Positions 1-9,619 of a stretch of 60,165 nucleotides of DNA are shown here, in pieces; position 1 is the stretch's first letter; each line of letters begins with the position of its first letter. Made by a program: the position numbers and the translations under genes. Under the pieces are notes generated by a model. That model saw only the letters and a list, made by a program, of their open reading frames with translations. It did not search any database and had not been told where the DNA came from. Origin of the DNA: Escherichia phage vB_Eco_SLUR76; sequence record LR025195.1; one strand, given 5' to 3'.

Positions 1-127
1 AGCAGGAGGAAGAGAAAGATATGAAACATGCAAAAGCTGCCACGCAGGTTTCTGAAATCAAAATTGAAGAGCCAAAAGCTGCCGCGCCAAAACAGGATGC
101 AAAAGCTGCTCGCTGTGATTTCAAAAA
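1..127. repeat. Terminal overlap: bases 1..127 are identical to 60039..60165 (circular closure or terminal redundancy)
   Basis: Direct comparison of the first and last 127 bases of the window shows them to be identical. Confidence 0.9.
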
Positions 128-311
128 TGGCGCTCGCAAGCCTCTGAAAGGAAAAACCGCCGAAGTGTGGGCAATGGGCGACAAACTTTTAGCCGAACTG
201 GGCCGCACGCCGGAGCTGAAAGAAATGAAAGCGGCAATGCCTTCTTACAACGGGACAACGGTCGCCATTCAGTTTTATGCTTGGAGAAAGTTCCACGGAC
301 TGGACGCATAA
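1..311 (+). CDS. Hypothetical protein, 3' part of a junction-spanning CDS (59735..60038 joined to 1..311, about 204 aa)
   Basis: The ORF at 59735 reads in frame through the repeated end into 21..311; stop TAA at 309..311. Confidence 0.5.
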   Translation, partial: QEEEKDMKHAKAATQVSEIKIEEPKAAAPKQDAKAARCDFKNGARKPLKGKTAEVWAMGDKLLAELGRTPELKEMKAAMPSYNGTTVAIQFYAWRKFHGLDA

Positions 312-349
312 TCTATAACCACATCAACCAACGGGCTTTCTGCGGGAGC

Positions 350-685
350 CTATTTAAGATAAAGATTCTCAATCATGTCGTTCTTCGGGTCGTTAATATA
401 CTTCCCGAAGACAGCTTTCTTACCCTGCGCCCCGTTAAACATTTCGTATATAATACGCGCCCGTAAGACTTTACGGTTTTCCCCACCGCAAATTGGAGCA
501 ACACTAATCTTAGCTTGCAGATGTGCAGCGCATATATCCTTAGCCTCATCACCTTTAGATATGCCATATTTTTTAAAAGACTTCTTCCAGAATAGTTCTC
601 CGTCGCGGTATTCAAAATACCTATTCCAATTAGGTTCCTTCTTCCACCAGTGCTTTTCATAATCCCATTCAAGACTCATAGTCAT
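350..685 (-). CDS. HNH-AP2 endonuclease-like protein, degenerate and truncated paralog of 53272..53763
   Basis: N-terminus RDGELFWKKS and RARIIYEMFNG align with DGKLFWKTS and RHRIVWEMHNG of the intact HNH gene, but the IDHINH histidines and the AP2 region are missing. Confidence 0.45.
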   Translation of the reverse strand: MTMSLEWDYEKHWWKKEPNWNRYFEYRDGELFWKKSFKKYGISKGDEAKDICAAHLQAKISVAPICGGENRKVLRARIIYEMFNGAQGKKAVFGKYINDPKNDMIENLYLK

Positions 686-1059
686 TCCTCTTGATGATTT
701 AATTTGCGCGCGCTACGTAAGACAGCCTCCTTAGACTTGTTATTGCGGGAGCAGCTACCCGTGTTACCGGACCGCTGCAATAACTCCTCTCTGCCTTAAC
801 GCAGATTATAGCTTGATATACCTTCCGATCACAACAGTTCAATAAATTTCCCTCAAAAGCACTTGACTTCTCATTTTTGATCTGCATCCGTTCAGGTTTA
901 TTAAAATTTATAGAGTTTATATTGTGAAGTATAAACAATCACATAATACCAATAGGTACTATATACAATAATAATAAATCCTTATTTTATATATATTTAT
1001 AGTTATTATTAATATTAGTTTAATTAGGTTTATTTTAGTTAGTTGACTGAAAGTTTATA

Positions 1060-1356
1060 AGTTTATAGGGGTATACACCAAATTTTTTAGAATCATAGTA
1101 TAGGGAGTAGGGTATAGGTATTTGCCATTGTTATACCCTAGTACCCCTATCTTTAGTTTTTCTGCGGGGGCGCAAGGGGTAAACTAAAACTATAAATTTA
1201 GAAAGCTACATAGGGAGGGTATTTTATAGGGTGTTTATAGGGTTACCCTATACGAACCCTGTATTGCACCCTATACCTATTGTTTTACAATAACTCTTGC
1301 AATTTAATAGGGAGGGTCTTACCATAGGGTTAAGGCAATACCCTATCGGAGGCTAT
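1060..1356. repeat. AT-rich non-coding region with at least 12 copies of a TAGGG / CCCTA motif in both orientations (candidate origin or regulatory array)
   Basis: Repeated tataggg, atagggag, tagggt and their complements accctat, ccctatac, seen directly, with no plausible ORF. Confidence 0.6.
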
Positions 1357-2139
1357 ATGAATACAGAGCTGACTAACAATAACGCGGTGGCGGAGGAACA
1401 GCCAACCAGCACTCACTCCAATGTGGTTAAGGATTTGTGCTTCGCAGCCTGGGTCGTGCAAGCGTGTTCCCGTATTCGCGGAAAGGTGACTAAAGAGCAG
1501 GCTCTTAAGATGGTTGAGGATTATTTTGATAGTGCACAAGATGTGACGCCTAAAGTTAAACACGGAAAAGCTGCTGCAAAAAAAGAAAACCCTGAGCGTG
1601 ATAAGTTTATGGCATGGGTGCGCGAACAAATAAAGGAAAAAGAAAACCGTGAACTTACAACTAAAGAAGTTGCAAAGTTCCGCGGCAAGTTTGACTACTA
1701 CAAACGGTTTGGACCACAAGCGCCATATGAGAATGCTTTTAAGGTTTGCCAAACAAAGGATAAAAATAATGAGTCTGCGTTTAAAGTTTGGCTTGCCAAG
1801 AATGAGCGTGCGAAGGGTGAGCAGTTAACGGAAAAAGAAATCACATCTCTTAAAAATAGATGGTATTCGCGGCCGGATAAAAACGTGGAACCCTCAATTT
1901 GGGATAATCGTGGACGTTGGCCTGTTTGCAAGCTCAAGGCATATGGCAACGCCGCTACGGGCATAGAGGTTGCACTAGCTGGTGGAAACTTTTTTCCATG
2001 GCAAGCATTTCATGACATCACGAAGGCTCAGCAACGCCTTGGACAATTGGACGAATGGATGATAAATCTACGGGAAGGTCGCACTCCTGAAGAGGTATAT
2101 GAATGCGTTATGGAGTACGCAAACTTTGCCGCGCAATAA
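1357..2139 (+). CDS. Hypothetical protein
   Basis: Long ORF; ATG at 1357 preceded by RBS atcggagg. Confidence 0.6.
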   Translation: MNTELTNNNAVAEEQPTSTHSNVVKDLCFAAWVVQACSRIRGKVTKEQALKMVEDYFDSAQDVTPKVKHGKAAAKKENPERDKFMAWVREQIKEKENRELTTKEVAKFRGKFDYYKRFGPQAPYENAFKVCQTKDKNNESAFKVWLAKNERAKGEQLTEKEITSLKNRWYSRPDKNVEPSIWDNRGRWPVCKLKAYGNAATGIEVALAGGNFFPWQAFHDITKAQQRLGQLDEWMINLREGRTPEEVYECVMEYANFAAQ

Positions 2140-2200
2140 TGCAAATTTGGTTGCAATGGCTCCTCTTATCTGTGTATAGTGTGCGGACAAAGGAGGAGCT

Positions 2201-2404
2201 ATGACTGCACAAGACGAGTTTGATGCTAAATATATAACCACATCAGAGATTGAAGCCCGTTTCGGGGTTAGTCGTTATAAGTTGTGCCGCAATCGAGATA
2301 TACTTCCTGGAGCTGTTCGTATCGCTAACGTATTTGTATACGTGCGCGAAATTGCTGAGCCAGCACTTATAGCAATGCAAGGCGATAAGCGTCGGAGGTC
2401 ATGA
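2201..2404 (+). CDS. Small hypothetical protein, possible AlpA-like HTH DNA-binding protein
   Basis: RBS aaaggagg; sequence TSEIEARFGVSRYKL resembles a helix-turn-helix. Confidence 0.4.
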   Translation: MTAQDEFDAKYITTSEIEARFGVSRYKLCRNRDILPGAVRIANVFVYVREIAEPALIAMQGDKRRRS

Positions 2405-2616
2405 TGGTACTTAGTGAAGTTGGACAAAATAAGCTTCGGGAGCAGGGATGGTTCATTGGGCATTATATGCATTACCGCACAGCTTATATTATGGTTGCAG
2501 GGACTATTATTTACCTTGGACATTATGAGAGCTATCTGGATGCAGAGAAAGTGATCAACGAGACTAAGAAGCACTTATTTGCTGCTATCGGTTGTGCAAT
2601 GGTTAGTTCTCAGTAA
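2401..2616 (+). CDS. Hypothetical protein
   Basis: ORF with overlapping start ATGATG after RBS ggagg. Confidence 0.5.
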   Translation: MMVLSEVGQNKLREQGWFIGHYMHYRTAYIMVAGTIIYLGHYESYLDAEKVINETKKHLFAAIGCAMVSSQ

Positions 2617-2627
2617 AAGGATAAGTC

Positions 2628-4970
2628 ATGGAACTGTTTCCCGCTGAAATTAAAGCTTTCCCACAATGGGCGGTCGCCGATGCGGACAAAAAGCCGCTGG
2701 TATGGGATAGCGATATTGGACGTTTGATGGCGGCGGACGTTACCGATCCGGATATGCTTATGACGTTTGAAGCTGCCAAAGGTTGCGCCGCTCATTTCAA
2801 TAAACCTTATATTGGATTCGTGCTTACTGCACAAGACCCGTTCACCTGCATCGACCTGGATGTGAAGAACGCAACCAATGAACCTGATCCCAAGAAACAC
2901 ACGACGCCAGAGCAGTTGCGCCGCTTCGAACAGATCATGACTGCGTTCGATACTTACACCGAAGTAAGTCGCTCAGGCCTGGGTGTCCACCTGTGGTTAA
3001 GAGGTAACATCGGTAAAGGTCGTCGACGTGATGGTGTCGAGGTTTATAGTCAGGAGCGTTTTATTATCTGCACGGGCAATCCTGTCTACAACAAACCAGT
3101 TGCAGAACGTGATCATTACCTTACTATGCTTGTGAATGAAATTGATCTTCAGCGCAAGACATATGAAATTGAACTGGTAGAAAAAGATCCGGTAGAAGAT
3201 GATGCAACTATTCATCAGCGCGCACTTGAAGCAGATAACGGCGATAAGTATGCGCGGTTATTCAATGGTGAATGGGTTGAAATGGGTTTCCCTTCCCAGT
3301 CTGAAGCAGATCTTGCCCTTATTTCTATGTATGCATTCTACACGGAAAGTAATGAGCAATGTCGTCGTCTGTTCCGTTATAGCGCACTGGGCAAACGTGA
3401 GAAGGCTAATAAGAACAATGTTCATATTGACCGTTGCTTGCGCATGTGTCGCGGTCGCATGGAGCGTGAGCGCATTGCCCAGGAAAACGTAGCGGCGCTG
3501 GCGCGGGATTATGCTGCCCGTATGCAAGCGGCACACAGTGCAATGCAGCAGGTAGCGGAAATGCCCGTAACTGTTGAAACAACACAGGGGCAGACAGTAG
3601 TTGCAGAAAGTACATCTATTGATGCAACCGCTATTGACTGGCCGCCGGGACTTGCTGGGGAGCTTGCGAAGTACATCTACAAAGCATCCGTCCGACCAGT
3701 GAAAGAAATTTCTATTGTGACAGCACTAGGATTTATGGCTGGTGTATGCGGGAAGGTTTGGCAGATTCCACAATCGGGTCTTAATGGATATTTCGTCCTT
3801 ATTGCTCGTTCTGGTGTTGGTAAAGAAACGTTGAACAGTGGGCTATCTAATATAGTTAGCCAGCTTCAGGAACCGTTTCCGCAGATTCATAGCTTTGTAT
3901 CCTTTGACCGATGCGCTTCCGGCTCCGCACTGCGTAAATCTTTTGCGGACAAACAATCTTTTATCAACTTGAACGGTGAGTTTGGTAAGATTATTAAAGC
4001 AATGGCTACGGCGCCAGCAGGTTCACCGATGCAAAGCTTCAAGAACGACCTTACCGATGTTTATCAAAAGTCCGGTCAGATGTCTATTGTCGGTGGTATG
4101 TCTTATTCTGATAAGGCTAATAATACGGAAGCTCAACAAGGTGTGGCCTATAGCATCATGGGCGAAACGACACCGGATACGTTCTTTGAAGCATTAACCC
4201 GTGAAATGATGGAGGATGGTTTCTTATCCCGTTTCCATGTTGTCCGCTATGAAGGGGATCGACCGCCTTTAAACAAGAACCAGCAGACTACAATGGATCA
4301 GCATTTGCGGGATATGGTGTGTCATCTTGTTAACCACACCTTAGTCGCAATGGCAAAGCATCAAAGTATTGAAGTGCAGTTTAGCCCGGATGCGGAAGCA
4401 TTATGCGATCAGTTTAACGATGAATGTGACCGTAATATTAACGCAACCAAAGACGAAGCGATCCGTCAGCCGTGGAACCGTGCGCACCTGAAGGTGTTAC
4501 GTCTATCCGCCCTGTTAGCTGTGGGAGAAAACTGGATCAATCCGGTTGTGCAGACCTATCATGTTCAATGGGCCTTGGACTTTGTGCGTCATGGACAGGA
4601 TATCATTATGAAGGAATGGCATAGTGGGGGTATTGGTACTAATGACGAAGCTCGTATCCGTACTATGTGCCAGGTTTGTGTCAATTATCTAACTAAAGAT
4701 TGGGTGAAAGTTAAACGTGTAGATCTGCGTAAGGAAGGAATTATCACGAGGGGTGATATTACTACTCGTCTTGCAAGTAAGTCCGCGTTTAAAAACTATC
4801 ACCACGGATTGTCCGCAGCAATTGAGTCTACGATCAAGGAGATGGTTGCTATGGGTGCTCTTGTTCCGGTAACACGGGAGGAGACTATCAAACTGGGATT
4901 CACTGGCGCAGCTTGGCGCATTACGCAAGATGTTGAAGGTATTATAGCAAACTTAGGAGAAGAGGAATAA
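2628..4970 (+). CDS. Primase-polymerase (archaeo-eukaryotic primase fold) with C-terminal P-loop/helicase-like domain
   Basis: AEP motifs CIDLDV (DxD), SGLGVHLW (SGxGxH), ERFIICTG; later P-loop-like ARSGVGKET; 780 aa. Confidence 0.6.
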   Translation: MELFPAEIKAFPQWAVADADKKPLVWDSDIGRLMAADVTDPDMLMTFEAAKGCAAHFNKPYIGFVLTAQDPFTCIDLDVKNATNEPDPKKHTTPEQLRRFEQIMTAFDTYTEVSRSGLGVHLWLRGNIGKGRRRDGVEVYSQERFIICTGNPVYNKPVAERDHYLTMLVNEIDLQRKTYEIELVEKDPVEDDATIHQRALEADNGDKYARLFNGEWVEMGFPSQSEADLALISMYAFYTESNEQCRRLFRYSALGKREKANKNNVHIDRCLRMCRGRMERERIAQENVAALARDYAARMQAAHSAMQQVAEMPVTVETTQGQTVVAESTSIDATAIDWPPGLAGELAKYIYKASVRPVKEISIVTALGFMAGVCGKVWQIPQSGLNGYFVLIARSGVGKETLNSGLSNIVSQLQEPFPQIHSFVSFDRCASGSALRKSFADKQSFINLNGEFGKIIKAMATAPAGSPMQSFKNDLTDVYQKSGQMSIVGGMSYSDKANNTEAQQGVAYSIMGETTPDTFFEALTREMMEDGFLSRFHVVRYEGDRPPLNKNQQTTMDQHLRDMVCHLVNHTLVAMAKHQSIEVQFSPDAEALCDQFNDECDRNINATKDEAIRQPWNRAHLKVLRLSALLAVGENWINPVVQTYHVQWALDFVRHGQDIIMKEWHSGGIGTNDEARIRTMCQVCVNYLTKDWVKVKRVDLRKEGIITRGDITTRLASKSAFKNYHHGLSAAIESTIKEMVAMGALVPVTREETIKLGFTGAAWRITQDVEGIIANLGEEE

Positions 4971-4996
4971 ATAAAGGGCCGAAAGGCCCTTTATTG
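4971..4996. terminator. Bidirectional rho-independent terminator
   Basis: Perfect hairpin aaagggcc-gaaa-ggcccttt flanked by an A-run and a T-run, between convergent genes. Confidence 0.7.
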
Positions 4997-5221
4997 TTAG
5001 TTAAGGTAGTAATCATCGACGTCGTACCTTGCCATAATTTCGGATGCTTCCGCCGCACTTTCCGCTTCTTCATAAGCTTTCTCAGCGTCATCATAAGTAC
5101 CGTAATACATCCAACCTTCACCCATTGGACGGATGTATGCTTCAAATTTACCAGTACGCGGGTGACGTACAACTTTATAATCCGCGCCCATTGTGCTATA
5201 TACTTTATTCAGCATGACCAT
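4997..5221 (-). CDS. Hypothetical protein
   Basis: ORF with RBS cggagga 8 nt upstream of ATG on the minus strand. Confidence 0.6.
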   Translation of the reverse strand: MVMLNKVYSTMGADYKVVRHPRTGKFEAYIRPMGEGWMYYGTYDDAEKAYEEAESAAEASEIMARYDVDDYYLN

Positions 5222-5379
5222 TTTGTAATCCTCCGCTCTGTTTATGAGTTAATAGTACAGCTAGACGGATCAGAGGTAAAGGCAAATCGTGCTATTTTAT
5301 AGATGCATTTCAAGTCTAAAGTTGTTGCACACATCGCAAGTCCTGTTATACTTACAGCATAAAGTTAACGGAGGGAACA

Positions 5380-5457
5380 ATGTTCGAGCTTTTAAAATTA
5401 TTTGCGGGTGCTATTTTCGTAGCTGGTTATTTCTGGTTTATGTATATTCTGTGAGGT
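5380..5457 (+). CDS. Small hydrophobic peptide (25 aa)
   Basis: Strong RBS acggaggg then ATG; MFELLKLFAGAIFVAGYFWFMYIL; not in the ORF track because it is under 60 aa. Confidence 0.3.
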
Positions 5458-5462
5458 GTAAG

Positions 5463-5660
5463 ATGTCTCAACAATTATTCAATATTGCTTTACAAGCAAT
5501 AATAGATACCGCAAAGCAGGCTTATATTGAAGGTTATAATCAGTGCTTAATTAGTGCTGCTTATTCACCTGAAGAACCTTCACAAATCGAGGAAGACTGG
5601 CAAAACTCTTCTGTAAAAGCTGCCTGCGACAGAATGATTCAAAACTTAAGGAGTAACTAA
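5463..5660 (+). CDS. Hypothetical protein
   Basis: ATG at 5463 after tgaggtgtaag; in-frame part of track ORF 5289..5660. Confidence 0.5.
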   Translation: MSQQLFNIALQAIIDTAKQAYIEGYNQCLISAAYSPEEPSQIEEDWQNSSVKAACDRMIQNLRSN

Positions 5661-5986
5661 TGAAAGATAACGTTCTAAGATTATTTGCTTATGGTTTAGC
5701 AAGTAAATTTGGCTTCGGTGATGGTGATATTCTCGAATATTTTTGTGAAGACAATGATATTGATTTACAAGGACGAGATGAACATGACGTTTTAATTAAA
5801 CTGGTAAGGACTTATCTTTTGCCGCTTATCCCTCATGTTCAAGTATATGAGATTGGAAGTTTACATAATCCAATTCGTTGCGAGGAACAATTCGTAGAAG
5901 AGCTTAAAGATAGCAAAATATACGTTGATGTAAGTATTGATCAACTTGTACAATGTATCAACGAAACAGAAAAGGCGGACTGGTGA
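5660..5986 (+). CDS. Hypothetical protein
   Basis: RBS aaggag then ATG. Confidence 0.55.
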   Translation: MKDNVLRLFAYGLASKFGFGDGDILEYFCEDNDIDLQGRDEHDVLIKLVRTYLLPLIPHVQVYEIGSLHNPIRCEEQFVEELKDSKIYVDVSIDQLVQCINETEKADW

Positions 5987-6300
5987 TGGGAATTGTAAAC
6001 ACTATCTGTGAAGCAATTTATGCGGAGCTGATCCGTATTGAAACTAATCTGCATAAAGAAGGACGAAAAGAAATTAAAAGAATTCTTGTTGATTTCCCAA
6101 CGGCAATGGATATTCGAAGAGATGGGCATTTATACTATTGGGGCAATGAATACATCGATGAATGTGACGGAGGGCATCGTATCCACATGGCTATTATGAA
6201 TTACCCTATTGTTCCAACCGATCAAGTAACAGGTTTTGAGTTGATGTTAAATGATGGTACTTTAGCACCAAAAGCGGCAAAGGGAACCGCGCAAAATTGA
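5986..6300 (+). CDS. Hypothetical protein
   Basis: TGATG stop-start overlap with the upstream gene. Confidence 0.55.
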   Translation: MGIVNTICEAIYAELIRIETNLHKEGRKEIKRILVDFPTAMDIRRDGHLYYWGNEYIDECDGGHRIHMAIMNYPIVPTDQVTGFELMLNDGTLAPKAAKGTAQN

Positions 6301-6611
6301 AGCTTGCCATTCAAGACTGCATCCTTTAAGATAACCACAGTTAACGAGGTTTAACAATTTAACAACATTAACTTAGTGAACGATGCTTAACTCAAGCCCT
6401 TGAAAGCGGTAGCTGTACCTCCTTACAGCAACTACTTTCGCTGGGCTTCCTGGAGCGGACAGGGTAAACCCGCAACTTACTGAACGATGTAAACGATGTT
6501 TAACGCGACGGCGCCAGATGTACCAAACCGTCACCGGCCTTTGGCGAGGCTGTACAAGTAGGCCAGGATAGACGAAGACGGCAGTCAAAGTAAGCTATCC
6601 GACAATCAAGA

Positions 6612-6645
6612 GAGCCCAGGAATCCTTATGCCTGGGCTTTTTTGT
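6612..6645 (+). terminator. Rho-independent terminator
   Basis: Hairpin agcccagg...cctgggct followed by tttttt. Confidence 0.7.
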
Positions 6646-6717
6646 TCCTTGAGATCAACAGAACTTCAATATAAAATTCTTTATGAAGTGTTTTACATTA
6701 AAGTTATGGAGACAGAC

Positions 6718-7185
6718 ATGGCAGTAAATATTCGCGCTAAAGGTCAACGCGGTGAGCGGGAAGTATGTGATTTCTTTAATGCAATTTATGCCGAAATTTA
6801 CGCAGAGCTGGGGATGCAGTTACCGGAAAAACCTATTGCTCAGCGTAACCAGAATCAAAGTGCGGTCGGTGGTTGCGACATTAGCAATACATGCCACCAT
6901 GCAGTTGAAGTAAAAAACCATGCTACGCCACAAGTAAACACATGGTGGAAGCAGACTGTTCAATCTGCTAAAGAGCTTGGCAGATATCCAGTTCTGATGT
7001 ATAAAATAGAACGTAAAGGATGGAAGGTTGTTCTACCACTTAATCCGGTTGTCTTCAGTAATGGTGAATGGCAGTGGTATGAAGTTAAAGATTCCATCCG
7101 CGCGGAAATTAGTCTTGATGACTACCGCATTATTTTTAAAGCGCACGCGAAACAATGGTTAATTGATCGCGGCTCAATCCAATAA
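6718..7185 (+). CDS. Holliday-junction resolvase-like PD-(D/E)xK nuclease (Hjc-like)
   Basis: KGQRGEREV and GCDIS...AVEVK resemble the archaeal Hjc motifs GxxE, D and ExK. Confidence 0.55.
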   Translation: MAVNIRAKGQRGEREVCDFFNAIYAEIYAELGMQLPEKPIAQRNQNQSAVGGCDISNTCHHAVEVKNHATPQVNTWWKQTVQSAKELGRYPVLMYKIERKGWKVVLPLNPVVFSNGEWQWYEVKDSIRAEISLDDYRIIFKAHAKQWLIDRGSIQ

Positions 7186-7194
7186 GGTGAAATT

Positions 7195-7851
7195 ATGACT
7201 GACGTATTAAATAACATGCACACTATTTCTATGACTAATTCTAGCATAACTGCTACATCCTTTGCGCCAACTCTTCTCGGGGTAAAACGCTTAACAGACA
7301 CCGCAATCCTGCCATCGTTTGCCAGTGCTGGGGCAGCTTGCTTTGACCTGCACGCGGACCTTAAGAGTGAAGAAGGTTGTGAACAAATCATTTTCTCTTA
7401 TGAACACATATTCCGCACAGGGTTGGCGTTTGATATTCCTGAAGGTTACGCGCTTATGGTCTATTCCCGTAGCGGACACGGATTCAAAAACGACGTGCGT
7501 CTGGCAAACTGCGTGGGCGTCATTGATAGCGACTACACTGGGGAACTTAAGGTTAAGATTACTATTGATAACGATGGTAGTTTTACTGTCAATCATGGTG
7601 ATCGCATTGCGCAAGCTATGCTTATTAAGCTGCCCAGCGTGCAACTGGTAGAAGTGGACGAGCTTAAGAGCACTGAGCGCGGTGCTAATGGCTTTGGGTC
7701 CACTGGTACGGGCGAACTTAAAAAGGGTAACGGCAAAGGGTGGAAACTTGGAGACGAGCAGTCCAACAACTTTGTACCTGCGACTGATGTGGTTACATCT
7801 GAGGAAGAAGTGTCTTTGCATCCAATTATGACTTCCCGCTATTTGAAATAG
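7195..7851 (+). CDS. dut: dUTP diphosphatase (dUTPase)
   Basis: dUTPase motifs RSGHGFKN, GVIDSDYTGE, GDRIAQ and RGANGFGSTG. Confidence 0.85.
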   Translation: MTDVLNNMHTISMTNSSITATSFAPTLLGVKRLTDTAILPSFASAGAACFDLHADLKSEEGCEQIIFSYEHIFRTGLAFDIPEGYALMVYSRSGHGFKNDVRLANCVGVIDSDYTGELKVKITIDNDGSFTVNHGDRIAQAMLIKLPSVQLVEVDELKSTERGANGFGSTGTGELKKGNGKGWKLGDEQSNNFVPATDVVTSEEEVSLHPIMTSRYLK

Positions 7852-8092
7852 GCTATTTATGGGTAAACGGAAGAAAAAGTTATCAAAGCAAGTAATATCT
7901 GACATGGAACCCTATATACCTTGTCCGATACCTGAAGCGTATAAGCCTTCACCATTAATGGAGGATGCCGAATGGAGGAAGGTTGCTAGATTACTAATCC
8001 GTTTAAAAAGATTAATTGATACAGATTGAGTCTTGCCCTGTCACATGGATGTGCTATTATACATACATCGAAACACAACAGAGGATAGAAAA

Positions 8093-8503
8093 ATGTTCGA
8101 CGCAGATAAAGCAGTACAAGCAACCGAAGCAGATGTTATTGAGTGGTATAAAACCAAAGCAGAATTACAAAAGCTTCAAGCTCGCGAGCGAGCACTACGC
8201 GAAAAGATTATTAAGTCCTATTTCCCTGCTCCATCAGAAGGGACTAATAAAGTTGAAATTACTGGCGGGGTTATGAAAATGACACACAAGATTGATCGCA
8301 AGATTGATCTTCCAAGCCTTAACGGAATCCTGGGCGATCTGATTAAAGTTGGTGTTAACGTTGATCAGCTTGTGGAAAATAAACCTGTGTTGAAAGTTGC
8401 GGCTTGGCGTAAACTTACAGCGGAGCAAGCCGCAGTCTTTAACCAGTGCGTTGAATCGAAAGTTGGTTCCGCGTCTCTGGAAATTGTGCCGGATAAAGCC
8501 TAA
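8093..8503 (+). CDS. Hypothetical protein
   Basis: ATG at 8093 with RBS gaggatag. Confidence 0.55.
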   Translation: MFDADKAVQATEADVIEWYKTKAELQKLQARERALREKIIKSYFPAPSEGTNKVEITGGVMKMTHKIDRKIDLPSLNGILGDLIKVGVNVDQLVENKPVLKVAAWRKLTAEQAAVFNQCVESKVGSASLEIVPDKA

Positions 8504-8544
8504 CCACATTAACGGGCGGTCAATCCGCCCAAGAGGAAACTAAA

Positions 8545-9336
8545 ATGCGTAAAGAATTTCAGAAAGCTTATCATGCTCTGTTAAAAGGCGTTGTAACTGT
8601 CAAAGTTAAGTTTGAAGCAGGTGGTCGTCTTTATACCTACCGTGCTCTGGAAAGTGACGAATTGCAGCCGGGCGATACAGTTGTTATTCAATATAACGGC
8701 AAGTTCTTTACTACGGAAGTAGTAGAAGTAGATCAGTATCCGGACTTCAGCAAGGATGTTGAATATAAATGGATTGTGTGCAAAGTAGACGAAGAGCGCT
8801 ATGCTCACTTCCTGGAACAGGAACACATGTTCGAACAACAGATGTTGGCTTTGTCCGCAAACAAAGAAGCAGAAGCAACCAAGAAAGAACTGATCGAGTT
8901 GTACGGTGAAGAAAACGTCGGTTATTTGGCAGGCATTGCCCAGGGCAAAGTGACGGTTCCAACATTGAATGACGTTATTGAAACTATGCTACACAACTTT
9001 GCGGATGGTGCAGATCTTAACGGTAGTGTTGTTGAGTTTAAAACCGGACCTTATAATGGTGAAGCTGTACAACGTCAGAAAGATTTGTATGTACAGGTGC
9101 TTGGGCGCGGTTTACGCAAGATGGAAGGTCCGCGTCTGGACTGGGAAAGCCGTTACAACAAGCACATCGCTAAGATGCATAATCTGAACGGTTTTACATG
9201 GCGTGATTTTATGGCACCGGGCGCAAGTAAAGAGAGCGACGAAGACGTAGAATCTGCTAAAATCTTGTTTGATCGTTTCAAGCGTAAGCAGTATCCGATC
9301 GAGCAATATATCGAAGAGTTCAAAGACAAACTGTAA
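8545..9336 (+). CDS. Hypothetical protein
   Basis: 263-aa ORF with RBS agaggaaa. Confidence 0.6.
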   Translation: MRKEFQKAYHALLKGVVTVKVKFEAGGRLYTYRALESDELQPGDTVVIQYNGKFFTTEVVEVDQYPDFSKDVEYKWIVCKVDEERYAHFLEQEHMFEQQMLALSANKEAEATKKELIELYGEENVGYLAGIAQGKVTVPTLNDVIETMLHNFADGADLNGSVVEFKTGPYNGEAVQRQKDLYVQVLGRGLRKMEGPRLDWESRYNKHIAKMHNLNGFTWRDFMAPGASKESDEDVESAKILFDRFKRKQYPIEQYIEEFKDKL

Positions 9337-9347
9337 ACGGGGGAATA

Positions 9348-9578
9348 ATGGCTGTAAGAAAGATCAAAGCGACCGATGCGCTACCTGGAATGATTTACCG
9401 TGACTTTTACGGTAACGAAATGAAAGTAGAAAGTATCTGTCATTACGAGCAGGATAATACGATAGCCCTTACCTTTGCTTTCGGGCGTCCAGGAGACGGG
9501 TTTCGACTAACCTTCCAGAATGAGGAAGAGATCGAGATTGTTATTCCGGAAGCACCGGAAGAATCCATTCCTGCATAA
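9348..9578 (+). CDS. Hypothetical protein
   Basis: ORF with RBS gggggaa. Confidence 0.5.
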   Translation: MAVRKIKATDALPGMIYRDFYGNEMKVESICHYEQDNTIALTFAFGRPGDGFRLTFQNEEEIEIVIPEAPEESIPA

Positions 9579-9582
9579 CTAT

Positions 9583-9608
9583 AAGGGGTCAACAGACCCC
9601 TTTTTATT
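9583..9608 (+). terminator. Rho-independent terminator
   Basis: Hairpin aaggggtc-aaca-gacccctt followed by ttttatt. Confidence 0.7.
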
Positions 9609-9619
9609 AAGGATAAACA

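Noticed and set aside
1060-1356. T7-type phage RNA polymerase promoters (TATAGGGAG-like)
   Set aside because: Only the GGGAG core resembles T7 promoters, the 23-bp consensus is not present, and no single-subunit RNA polymerase gene exists in the genome.
6301-6650. Possible tRNA gene in the ORF-free gap
   Set aside because: No cloverleaf-compatible stems or conserved T-loop/D-loop motifs could be found by eye; none was found at 57603..58150 either.
7291-7905. 204-aa ORF on the minus strand
   Set aside because: It is antisense to the dUTPase gene, which has unambiguous catalytic motifs; there is no RBS and the composition looks like a shadow ORF.
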